NCBI GenBank assembly: GCA_973895155.1
Contig: OZ316898.1
Location: forward strand, 18,425,292 to 18,489,291
DNA from: Marsupella aquatica
Lineage: Eukaryota; Plantae; Marchantiophyta
Direction of reading: 5' to 3'
DNA: 64,000 bases
Both the position numbers and the translations under genes were made by a program. Under the pieces are notes generated by a model. That model was not told where the DNA came from. It saw nothing but the letters and a program-made list of their open reading frames with translations, and ran no database searches. Shown here one piece after another: positions 1 to 12,144 of this stretch (position 1 is the stretch's first letter; the number at the start of each line of letters is the position of its first letter).

Positions 1-589
1 GCGTCTGATCTTGGCCAGGAGTGTTGTGGCTAGGGGCAGCAGGAAAGACTGGTCAGGCACCAAATGTAGATGCCAACCAATCACGCCCAAGAGATGTGAC
101 GGAAACTCAGGGCCAACTGCTACAAGGAGAGGACCCAATTTCAGTGTGTTTAAATGGGACTGAAATTATATCACAATATTTTATCAAAACCATTCACTCA
201 CTAAACGAGCCCTCTCAGAACCCCATTTGGCCTCACAACCCTGTCCTTATGCATCCTGGCAAGGGGACATGTCATCCTGGCATCAACACCCTTGGTCCAG
301 GCGTTACGATCTGACACCAAGTGTTCCTTGCACTCGACACCCTCGCCAATGCCAACTGACACCAATGCCCTCCCGACATGTCTCGATTATATGAATTTAG
401 ATTCAAAACTTGGGACTCACCCCATCCAAGCTCAAAGATTTGGATGGAGATCCCATCTAAGCTTGTAACTCCATTCCTTCCCATCGTTAATTCCTTTGTG
501 GAATTGAAACCAGATCAAGTTCAATCAAGAGATCTCTATCCAAACCCTTGAACTCTCCATGGACCTCAAAATGCTCGTCCTGTTAGGAT

Positions 590-925
590 TTACTCTTAGG
601 TCTAGAGTTATGACTGTACCGCAATTAGGGCTAACCTTAGTCACAGACTAGGTTAGGTTAGTCATGTTGTGCACACTCTATACCCAAACGGTGTTTGCTT
701 GGAGAAGGGAAACTTAGGCTCATTGTAACAAAGCCAGTTGAGAGATAAGGAGAGCTTGTGATGTGGATGTTTGATATGGCCAGTCGACCTAGAGTGCAGT
801 AAAGCTCTTGTGTGTTCCCGTGAACATAATCTCATGTGGAGGTGAACCATGTATATCTCGGTGTCGATACTTGTGAATTGGATGATTTATGGGCTTGTCG
901 TTACAATTGTCGTCTATGCTCAACA
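590..925. mobile_element. Degenerate LTR fragment (copia-like family; also at 32682 and 59891 in opposite orientation)
   Basis: Reverse complement aligns by eye to 32682-33015 and 59891-60290 (shared aagcccat..., tggttcac..., cactctagg, acaatgag, gtgtgcaacat...acctaac blocks). Ends in ...tgctcaaca at 925, matching the TGTT start of the other copies. The GTGGTTC...TACGTCCA motif resembles plant copia LTRs. Confidence 0.55.
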
Positions 926-1444
926 CTTTCAATGTATAGAAGTCCATGGGCTTAAATGAGTGCAATTCTTGAACTTAGAAACCATGTAAGACAAGTTATT
1001 GAACTTTTTGCCATGAGAACCCTATGTGTACCAACATCACTAATAGATGAACAAAATGCTATAATTGAACTTATTTTGCCCCAATTCATACACTAAGGTC
1101 TCTCTAATTTTGGCCAGACACCTGTCAAAAAATGAGTATCACTAATTCATTTTTATGTGAATTAACCCATGAGGGTTTTGGATTTTAGAGTAAATGAGAA
1201 TAGGAAGGGTCGCAAATGTCGTAGCCCCAGGGCCCTCACTTCTTTTCTTCTGACCCATTGCCTGCGAAGAAGTTAGGGTTTTTTTTTATTCAGTTGAGTG
1301 GAAGACTTTAAATTTTGTCGATAGAATATAGGAGTGTTTTTAATACAATTTTGAGAAAATAAGAACTAATAGATTTTTTTAATACCAAATATGAGAATAT
1401 TTCTAGAATATTCTATAAATTTAGAGGTTAAAAATAATACAAAT

Positions 1445-2476
1445 TTACTTAATTTTCTTAAATTTTAAGGTGTTTTTATTCGAAAACTTTGCCCATGATA
1501 CATGACCTCCCTTGGAATGAAGCCCCAGACATAGGTGACTGCCTATAAGTACCAAAGTTGAGGGCAACCCTTCGCAGAGTTTGACAAGAGTAGATACGTA
1601 AATCTTACATGACGGACGAACTTCATTCCGTAAAGCAAAAGCCCGGAATAGTTGGTCTGAGCTTTGTTCACTTAGCAATACCATAGGATACACATAGTCA
1701 TTTGTCATATTCTTCAATGCTTCAGAGTCTCTAGATGTTGCAACAAATCTACTATCTTTGTGCATGCAAATGTCCTTCTGTAAGATTTCGACTATCTCAA
1801 GGTCAATTTCATCGGAAGACACATTATCTATAACGACCAGTAGGCATTTTTCTTTCAGAAAACCCAACCCTTGTCCATTCTGCACAATTGGCCTTCCATG
1901 ATGATGGAGATGCTTTAAGATCAAGCTCTTTACTGAAGCTTGCCTGTGTTGAATGTCTTCGATGAAACAGGTGTATTCATAGCTGCAAGTGATTGAACAA
2001 CGCCTTGGCTAGAGTTGTCTTTCCGATCCCTCCTATACCGCTTAGGCCCAACCTACCGGTAGTAGCTTGACGAAGCTTGGTTTTGACTTTCTCGATGACA
2101 TTTTCAAGTCCTACGATCTCCTTGTGCAAGTATTGAAAATTCTCCGGACATTCATCTATCTGTATTTTAACCTGCATGACAATCAAACTCACTCAGTACT
2201 ATACTCAGTTAGCCAGCACCTACGCAAGAAGAAACGACTGATTGACAGATAAATAGATGTTGTATTCATTAGCCCGAGAAATAAATTAACATCTCGAGCA
2301 GAAAGTAATGACCTTGCAAGGCATCCCACCTTAGAGTTAATATCTTGCAGGAGTTGCACATCCATCATGGCAGGTGGCACACAATCGTGTTTAACTGATA
2401 GTCCTTTCCATCTTGCAATGTAACCTCTTGCAGGTGTACATAAGAGCTTCAGGTCTGCCTCACCTGATTGTGGCAA
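1445..2476 (-). pseudogene. NLR NB-ARC domain pseudogene
   Basis: P-loop GIGGIGKTTLAKALFN (ORF 1977-2192) is followed by a frameshift/stop. The other frame continues YEYTCFIED..., kinase-2 LLVVIDNV, RNBS-B FVATSRD and GLPL-like CEGLPSTL (ORF 1445-1924). Truncated by AT-rich DNA below ~1500. Confidence 0.85.
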
Positions 2477-3195
2477 TCCTGGAATACGAATATGAAACTT
2501 GAGAAATCACAGCCTGCAAATGTGAAACCAGTTGCTGAATGAGACCACATTCCACGTACACCTCCAATTTGTCATCAGACTGAGATCAAGCAGTAGTGCG
2601 TTAAAGGAGTTTGAGAGGCTGGAGAAAAACTTTGGGACTCACCTACCTTGTCCGTCCTTCGGATCCACCTTGATCCCCTCAGCTCCTGAGTCGGTCCATC
2701 AAGCAGATCGGGTCATTGACAGACTGTCATGGAAAACATCATCAACGTTGTCCCCCCAAAAAGCAGTAGAATCACTGATTCAATGCAACGAGAAACAACT
2801 TGGGACTCCGCGCGAAGTTTCTCAGTCTCTCTTAATTTCGGAAGTGCAATTCCACAACCTCAGACCCAATCTCAGACATTGAGAAGTGGATCGAACAGAC
2901 CATTTCTCTCTGATGCAATCGTCTGGAACGCCGATGGGACAGACCTATCAGTCAGAAACGGAGGCCACGAAATGGTGCTCGTAGTGGCTTCCCAGGTGCA
3001 ATCAACTCACAATGAGCATTCACAAAGCATTCACAAATTTGAACTCTAGGAAAAGTACATGTGATTTCCTGTCGTCAAAGGCATCCAAAAAGCTTTTTTG
3101 GAGCAGTGCTTGGGACACTCCGCAACAACCCATATGTCCCCTTTTCAGGGGTGGCGTTTTCCAAATGTTTTGGACCTATGAGTGGCAGTAAAACC

Positions 3196-3652
3196 AGAAG
3201 GGGCACACTTGGTTTGTAAGTTTCTTAATATCTATATTTTTCGTGTAGTTTGGGTTTGAGGTAGAAAAAGTGGTCATCCCCAAAAGTGTTAAATAATAAT
3301 TAGCCCCTCCTATTCAGACATGGTGACCTTCCCAACACTCTGGCAAGTATGTTGGCAGGTGATTTGCAATATTTGATAGATTTTTTGCTCATTGAGAATG
3401 GAGCAAATGATCTCAAAACAGTATCAAGAAGGGGCAGACTTGGTTTGTAAGTTTCTTGCCTATATTTTTCGTGTAGTTTGGGTTTGGGATAGAAAAAGTG
3501 GTCATTGATTTCCCAAAAGTGGTAATTAGCCCCTACTACTCAGACATGGTGTCCTTCGCAACACTCTGGCAAGTATGTTGGGAGTTGATTTATAATATTT
3601 GATAGTTTTTGTGCTCATTGAGAATTGAGCAATGATCTTAAAAAAGTATCAA
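3196..3652. repeat. ~231-bp diverged tandem duplication
   Basis: agaaggggca.acttggtttgtaagtttctt...gtatcaa occurs at 3196 and 3427. Confidence 0.85.
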
Positions 3653-6397
3653 ACATTCAGGAAATAGATTGAACATCAGTGAACATGTTGAAAAACTTGG
3701 AGAAGTGCACAAGTTTGCCAAAAACCCCCACTTCATGATTTGGGGTGCGGGGAAATTGTTAAGGGCGACCTTCTCAAAAGCAAAGCAACCAGCCAATGTT
3801 TATTTCTGGTGTAAACTGACTGATGACTTTACTAAGTCTAGGGGGAGATGGGTAGAACAAACCCCTCAGTCCATCTGGGCTTCATATTCTTTAATTAAGG
3901 TACAAGCCTGTTGCACAATTGTCATTTCAGTAGACTTCAAAATCCTTTTCATTTTTCTATTATTCAAATTTCTAAATGTCATGTGTGCATAGTTAGATTT
4001 TCATTGCAGCCCCACCTACCCATGATAAGCACATGTCAACTCAACTGTAAATGTCAAATAACCTTGATTTGTTTAAGGATATTAGTGCATGGGTCTAGGT
4101 GTGGGTGGAGGCGCATCTATGCCCCAAGAAAGGATCTGCTTTTCAATATTCTTTTCACGAGATCTCATGGCTTTGAAATTTTTTAAGATTTAAATCCAAC
4201 AGTGAGAATGAGTTCCCTCTAAAAGTGCATTTCCTAAGCAGACGGTGACAGAAAAAGATGGGATTGTACATTATAGATTGTAGATGTCACTTCTTCTTTT
4301 GTTTCACACAAAGAAACTCACCAATTCATTCCACACCATGAGAGGGACGAAAATCACTATGTGTGTCTCGATTCCTTTTTATTTCCAAGGAAACAAGAAG
4401 AAGCCAACCAATTTATTCCACTCCATGAGAGGGACAGGAATGACCAGGTGTGTTGCGGTTCCTTTTTGTTGTCAAGGAAACAGGAAGAATCCAACCCCTT
4501 TTTCACACTCTAAGAGGAAGGATAATATTTTCCCTCATGAAAGAATCAATTGATGGAAAGAGGGTCAATAAAAACAAGAAGGAAAGGTCTGTGAGGTACA
4601 ACAAAGACCAAAGAAAACAAAAGGAAACAGTGATATGAAAAACCTAAACAGAGTCAAACACTACAAAATAAACTTACGTTTCAAAGCTTAATAAACGCAA
4701 GGTTAATGTTTGGATGTTCCATGAAGCAACTGATGACACCAAAATATACCAAACATACATAAAGCTAGCTACTGGGTAGTACTTGAACAGAAAGTGATAT
4801 GTGATGTTTCATAGTGATCTAGTTGGGACAGTCCAGTGATCTATGGGGGTTCTTTGTCGCACACTGTCACAGGGAACAAGCCACTGTTGACACCCAAAAA
4901 TGCCACCATTCATTACAAGGCCAAGTACCTGTGTCTATGCAATGTATTAAGTGCTCCCCATGTCCATCCCTACTCACAAGCATACTAAGCCTAAATATAT
5001 TATATTGGGCATCTGTGAAATACTTCTCATTCAACAGCTTACCCCCTTCTGCACCCTTTTCTTATAGGTTGTCAGGCAATCAATTAAGTGACGAATTAAG
5101 GGAGTGTGCCCCTTCTTCACCAATGTCAGATTTCCCATTGCTGTTTTAAGGAAATTGACCCGCAGGGCCCGTACACTGTCAGCCAGGGTCCGGGACTTTG
5201 TTTTGTCGGACACCACAAAACCAAAATACTGTCCGACAAGGGCCGCCGGGGACTCACGCCGGTTTGTTTTCCCTCCCTCTCCACATGCCCCCCTCGGGCT
5301 TTCCCTTCGAGGAGGATAATGTGATGATGCTTTATATCGTGCGCAAACTTATTTGCCCCATGAAATCCTATTTGTTTTACTTTTAGAAAGGTTAATTGGT
5401 ATCAAATTGTTGGAATTTTTATACGTATCCCTTTCTGTCTCCAGAAAATATGTAGATAAGGATTCATTCTTATGTAATATTTACATTTTCGTTCGTGGGG
5501 GCCGGTTCGAATTTTTAGGTGTTTATTACCCCAGTTTGGTTATTTTCCGGATTCGACATTGTAAGAAATTCATAATGAGCCGGCGGCTCGTTCACTGGCG
5601 GAAATTGTTTCCCTTATGGAGCCGGCCAAGGCGGGTTGGAAGTCAGAAGGCCCGCAGTACCCAGCTAAACCTTCGCTTCGAGAAGGGGAAGGCACTGGAA
5701 ACACCAGTAATCGGGACCTTTTTCTAGCTCGATGTAAGCCGCTTTCAGGTTGGGTCGTCACTGTTGAACGAGGGGGCGCAGAATACCAAAATGTCCTTGA
5801 AATTTAAAATCTGAAAGTATTGCCCAGATGGACCGGGATGTTGTCCACCATGCCCCTGTGGACTGACACATCCATGGATTCGTGCAAAATATCTGAGTTC
5901 GCTCCAATAGCAAAATTCACATGTTCATGAGCTGATCCCTAGAATTATTTGTTTGCTTTATGTATCTTATATTCTGCATGTTGTTTGTTTGCGCAGAGTC
6001 TATTTTGATCAATTCATGTGTTCAAAGAAAAGGGGAAGACTGTCGCGGCCCCAGATTCTTGCTGCTGTTCACATGCTGTTCTAAGTACAAATCTGATTAG
6101 ACATCGTTTTAAAATTCCACGTATCACATGTGATCAGCTGCATAAAGATTGTCCATTCCATTACTATTTAGAAGGAGGAGCCCATGGGCAATAGCTTTCT
6201 TCACCTCCATGTAGAAGGGCTATAAGCTGCTGTAGGTATAAATCAAGGTCTGGGATACCCAGACTTTCGAAGTTCTGTCTTCGACGAAACGCAGGTCCTC
6301 AGTTGAGTACTCTCCCACACCCAAACAAAACCAATTTCTTTTGAAGCTGGGAGGAGATTCCTACATAGTGATCCAGGAATACCATGTATTGAACAGA

Positions 6398-6580
6398 TGG
6401 ATCCATCAGTCGAGTAGGTAGGAGTGCTATTGAACAAATCTCGCCTGTGGATTGTCAGTTAACTGCAAATCCGAAGGGATGAGGAGTGGATCCATCAATC
6501 GAGTAGGTAGGAGTGCTATTGAACAAACCTCGCCCGTGGATTGTCAGTAACTGCAAATCCCAAGCGATGAGAAGTGGAGG
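6398..6580. repeat. ~89-bp tandem duplication
   Basis: tggatccatca.tcgagtaggtaggagtgctattgaacaaa...ctgcaaatcc occurs twice. Confidence 0.85.
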
Positions 6581-7724
6581 AGAGCTCAAGAGCGCAACCA
6601 AAAGTGTAGGTAACCTGTCAGAAGAGTAAGAGTCAGGCAATACGGGAACGTAACTGAACGAATTTTCTCTTCAGTTTGGAGGACTTCCCAGCGGGAATAA
6701 GAATTGTCCACAATATGTACATGGGGACGTTCTCCTGTCTCAGGCCTGCAGAGTTGGGACAAAAAGAAAAGGCAAAACCAAAGACATAAACGATTATCTT
6801 CTGCTCAATAATCTTAATCATGTCTTTTGCGTAAATAACAAACAAATCTCACCATGTGCAGCTCTAAAAACCAATTGAGAAGATCGCTACCACAGGTTCC
6901 AGAGTTTGCAGCACAGGAAACGCACAACATGAAACTCGGGACAACCAAAACAAGCAAGCAAAGATATACAGTAGATAGAATGCCAGTACACCGTGAATCC
7001 ATGCAAATAGTCAGGGTTTCCGTTGGTTGCCCAAAGCCATTTCGTTGTTCGCCAAGGCTTGCACTGTCACCGCCCATAGGTCGTTCGAGTAATGACAAGC
7101 ACCCTAGGTTGAACGCTTTCAAACCTTACAATGTCAGAGAAAACACTCTCAGGAAGAATCCTGATCTACACTCTGAACTCGCACATGGGCGGTTCAAAAG
7201 AAGGAGGGATATGAGAAAATTGAAATTAAGAGTTCAGGCAAAGTTTTTCCAACTCGCGTTACAGTATGTACACAGACCCATAAGCACAATTGCCACAGAA
7301 CGATATAGGGCAGGGCAAGTTATCTAACATGTTGAAGTCCCCCTAAGTCAAAATGTAACTGGCGCCGTCCACTGGGTTCCAGTCGCATCGAACAACACAC
7401 AACGTAAACATCACACGACTGGGTGATTTTTTGCAATTCATCTCTCCAAAGAACGGTTTCAAATTCCGTCCACATCCCAAAGTAGCGTAGCATCCTTGCC
7501 AGGAACAGAGCTCCGTGTCGAGGAGCACACTGACCAGGCTGTACCAGAACGCGCACTAATCTCTCCATAAGTTACCACATGGAGATCTATAATTGCTTCG
7601 GGAAAGGATCTCAAGAGTTATCAACTCCATATGCCCAGAATCGCTTCGAAATTCTTCTTATCAGCATACTTTTGCCCTTCGTTGAAACCCTTCGCTGGGA
7701 ACTCGGTCAGTCAGACCTCGACTA

Positions 7725-7910
7725 TCACGAATGAGGGTCAGTATCCCCGCCCCGGCCGCCAGGCTTGCGGTACTGCTCTTCCATATGCTTGGCGATGGAG
7801 TAGCCCGTAGCAAACAGAGTCTGGATATTTGGCACGTTATAATTCTGTGCAACGTATACTCCAAAAATTGTTCCAAGCGTGAACGACAGGCTGCTCCGGA
7901 TGATCCCCAT
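7725..7910 (-). CDS. STMP1: Short transmembrane mitochondrial protein 1-like (DUF4535), 61 aa
   Basis: MGIIRSSLSFTLGTIFGVYVAQNYNVPNI...EEQYRKP matches the GxYxAQNYxVP family signature. The ATG is at 7910; the ORF-track start at 7949 is a TTG. Confidence 0.85.
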   Translation of the reverse strand: MGIIRSSLSFTLGTIFGVYVAQNYNVPNIQTLFATGYSIAKHMEEQYRKPGGRGGDTDPHS

Positions 7911-10589
7911 TGGAATTCTCCAACTCGTTTCCCCTTGTCGAGCCTTCAACCCAACTCAATTTTCCTCGCAGTGTTGAACCTCCTCGGTGCGAAATCACTG
8001 GAAGAAGGCAGAACTGCTCCCGAAAGCTGCATCAAGTGCGCTCTACAGTAATCGCTCCATCCTGAAGACAGATTAGGGCGAACCTTCACTCACCGCAATC
8101 CAATCCCATTCAATCCAACCCTGCATTTTCCAAACAGATGAATCTTCAGCAAGTTCACCAAACTCAACACATCCTCTCATCCATCCACTCAAATGACGGC
8201 AACCGAACACAAAACTGCGTCTGCGGAAAGAAATCATTCCAGCTTCAAAATGCCATCACAAGCGCTGCACTACGACAGAACGATGGTTTTGCACACGCCA
8301 TCCAGACTTCTCAATGTTGCGGAACTTCAAATGGCCAATCTGGAGAGGGGGGCAACTCACGAGAAGCTGCTAACTTACGGCACACTCAACCAGAGTACCA
8401 TAGTATCCGCTCACCCTTCTTCAGCTCCAGACTCTCCAGACTCTCCAGACTCTCCAGTCGCTTCAATTGCTTCAATCTTCAATCTCCAGACTCTCCCATT
8501 CGCTTCGATCTTCAATCTTCATCGTGGAATTTGTATACAAGTAACGCCCACTAGGGCATTGTGGGCTGCAAGAGCTTTCTCACCATGCATCCCAACCAGA
8601 CCACCATTTGAAAGTTTAAGGGAGTCGAGTCCTCCCTTAAACTGCCACCGTGCCCAAGGTAATGTACGTGAGGAGAAATTACTCGCTTTTTGCACACTTT
8701 TTGTTTCCTTAAACCACACCTGCCCATATAAAAGCCCCATTCCCTACCCTCCCACATGAAAGCCTCCTCCTCTAGAGTCTTCTCCTCCTCTAGAGTCTTG
8801 TCTTCTTGTGTGGTTCATTATGTAGAGTGAGGGTCTTATCCCCCTCTCTGTCATCACTGCCTTTTTTAGACAGCGGGTGTCTATTACTCTTCAGTGGGCA
8901 CAGGCCTTCACTATCTTTTGTAGGGGAGAGCCGGTTGGAGTTTGGGCATCTAGTGGAATTCCCTTGCTTGACCCTCCTATGCAGTTCATGCCTGAGCTTT
9001 ACCAGGCTTTTCAATTTGCCATTGGGTAGACTTTAGGTTAGTGTGTCTTTTGTTTTCCTTGCGTTGGACTTGTGCCTGGTTCTTTTGGCCTTTTGACTTT
9101 CTGACCTTTAATTTTCTTGTTCTCCCTTGATTGGGTTTTTGGCCTGTGGGATCATGTTTCTTGGGACAGCGCCCTGCTTTTTGGCAGTTTGATATATACT
9201 CTATTTCCTTACCCTCCCACATAAAAGCCCCATTCCCTACCTTCTTCTACTGGTCATTCTTGTCTGGTGGTGAACAAGGTGGAGCACTCACCACACAATG
9301 TGGAGCTCAAGCCCATTCCTAATGCGACTGAACCTGTGCACTTTAATGAGTGCTACAGGTAACCTGTAACACTTTATAAGTGTCCTTGTGGTTTAAGAGC
9401 ATTTTTGACTATGGCAACCTGGATTCAGCATATGAGTGGTGTAATATTTGTGGAGTCCCAAGGGCAAGGGCCACAAACTTCCTGGGCTTTGAATTGTTGA
9501 TCTCATAGTAAAACAAAAGCAGACTTTGTAGGGGAGCATATCCTGTTGTCCATCCAAATCTCCTTTTTGCCCAGGATTTCACAAGTGCTTAGAGCAGCTT
9601 TCTTCAGGACTGCCACACACAAGTTGGGCCTAAGAGTGAACCCTGGCTACTGGTCCACTTGTTCAAAAGCAATGTACACATTCGAGTTTGTGTGCAACCA
9701 TCTGCAGCTGTGGGATCCATGTGCTCACATCCAATCTTGAACGTCCAGGTAGGATGACTATTAGTCCAATCTTGGACATCCAGGTAAGATGACTATTAGT
9801 TGATGGGTGTCAACAGGCCTGCCCGTTGAGAGTAAGAGTGCAGAGGTCTAGTGGGGAAAAGGTTGGCCAGCCTGCCCTGCAATTTGCAATACAAATGAAT
9901 GGTGAGAGACCTTTTTTGGCTATGCATGCTCCCACCTGCTCTGTTTGGCAGACCCGTGGGAGTGCTCTAATGTCTCAAAACTCTAGAGCATTAGCCTAAG
10001 TTTTGATGTATTATTATTGACAATTATGCCCTGATAACAAGGGATGAATAGACTTTCATCCATGAAAGGTTTTATGGAACAGAGTAGGTCATGAACAACT
10101 TTGATTGCAAATCATTGTATAGATTTACCAAGAGACAAGTCGGTGACAAATTTCAAAATTCCCTCGTACAACCTATGAAGGACAGTCTCTTTTATAAGTT
10201 ATAAATTAAGCAAAATACAAAAAGAATAATAGGAGTCTAGACTATTAGGTTCACTCATAAATAAATTGAAACTTTAGTCCATTGGACAAAACTTTAGGTA
10301 GCGTTTGTGAAATGTGGGGAAAAAAATTACAATGCGGTCCTCTGAAATTTCTTGCAAATAAGGCCTTCAGTTTCTCCTATACTCCCCTCCGCCAGGCAGT
10401 GATAAAGTAGTCCAATAGGAGGTAAACTCAAATGAAACTAATGATCATTTATGTACAGTAGTGAGGGAATTGTTCAAAGCAGAATAGACTATGACATGAA
10501 GATCATTGTGAGGAGGCCTCTCTTAAAGCTGATGCCTCAAATGTATTTTAAGCAGATTTCTGCTCAAACAGTTTTCTTTCAAGGAAAAT

Positions 10590-10900
10590 TTCTTTGCAAT
10601 GGTGTCTTTGAAGGAGCTACCGAAGATTTGATGGTTGCATTGTTTTATTAGCCTTGCCGGACTCATTTGGGCGCCACTCTAAGCTTACAGGCTCAAAAAT
10701 TGACAGTTGTCCTTGTCTTCATAAACTGCCATCAACCTTCGTGCAAGTTAAGAAACTGGAACACCTTAAACTCTTAAACACAGCAGTGCAGAGTGTTCGA
10801 AAGTCGGAGAATCTAAGGTCACTCAAATTTCTCACGGTAGACTGGTGTTGAAAGCAACAAATTCCAAGTTCCCCTGAAAGTTTGGAGGGAGTGATCACAG
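10590..10900 (+). pseudogene. NLR-type LRR fragment
   Basis: LPDSFGRHSKLTGSKIDSCPCLHKLPSTFVQVKKLEHLKLLNTAVQSV...NLRSLKFLTVDWC has the plant NLR LRR pattern. It is bounded by stops. Confidence 0.65.
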
Positions 10901-12144
10901 AATAAAATTACACAAAGGGACTCTTTACCTTTCCTACCATGGGTGCAAGATTTACCTTCAGAAAGTGTGAACAAAAATTGAGCTGTACAAAAGAAGCTCA
11001 GATCTAAGTATGTACAGTAGATGTTTTGGGTGATGCCATCCTGAGTAGTTAATTAATAGCTTGTCTGGCTCTACTATCAACCTTTGTTGGGTTTTAATCC
11101 TTTGCGCCGCCCTCGATCGATCCTTTGCTTTGCAATATTGAGTTGTTTCGGCGCGCGTCAACTTCTGGGTAAAATTCTCCTCCTCAACGCCGAAGGTTAC
11201 TAAATATTATTCATATTGTGAAATGCACTTCGACATGATCGAGTATAAGTGTCGTCACAGAACTCGGTGGATGAAAATACGAGTTTACAGTTTAGCTGAG
11301 GGTGTCACTTCGTGAGCTCTCCATGGCAGAACATGAACAGGCCAATGAAGGAATACAGCATCTATGCAACTCCCCAGCCCTTACTCAACATGATTCACAA
11401 CCTGCGGCAGGATTACCCAGTAATGTCTGAAGTGAAGCGTATCCATTAGATGATGCCCGTCACCCTTTTGGAGTGAGGTGAAGTCAGACAAAAGGTCGAA
11501 CATCCTCGTTCCCACAAACCAGAAAGAACGCATTCTCCTCCAATGACCGTTTGTTGTACCTTTAGATCAAGAATCGCTAATGAGAAGGACATTAGCCACA
11601 TATCTCTTCCTAAGAGATCGAAGAAGTTGGTCCACCCACCGGGCAGTACCTCAAGAAGTCGGTAGGTGCTTAGAAGTCCTCACTTGACCCACAGTTGTCT
11701 CAGCTTATTGCTGTACCAAAAGATAACCGATATAACGTTCTCTTCAGATTAACACTCTACCTAAACCACCACTCGTCCCCTTTTCCAATCGAAAACCAGC
11801 TCTATCTAGAGTCCAGGAAAGTTCTGGCTTACTTTAGTCAGCAATGAGTTCTATCATTTGTCGTTAAGAAAGACCTCGGGATTTATTCAATCTATAAGAT
11901 ATACACTGCCACAGCAGACAACTGGCATCCGTATGGATGTAACCTTTGTAGGTACCATGATAAAGTCGGAATAACATGGGTTCCCATATGTCCGACTTCC
12001 TCCTCTGCAAACCCCAATCTATTCAAAAATTGTTACATCCGAGATGTTGCCCTGAAGTTTCGGGTTGCAATTGGCAACAATTGAAAGTGAATGACTCTGT
12101 TACAATAATACAATGGGAGCATTCCATATGCTTTTCATCTACTT

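Noticed and set aside
5150-5880. CpG-rich segment as a MITE
   Set aside because: No convincing terminal inverted repeats or TSD could be identified by eye.
6854-8759. ORFs of 138-188 aa around the STMP1-like gene
   Set aside because: No recognisable domains; they fall in the probable UTR/intron regions of the - strand gene.
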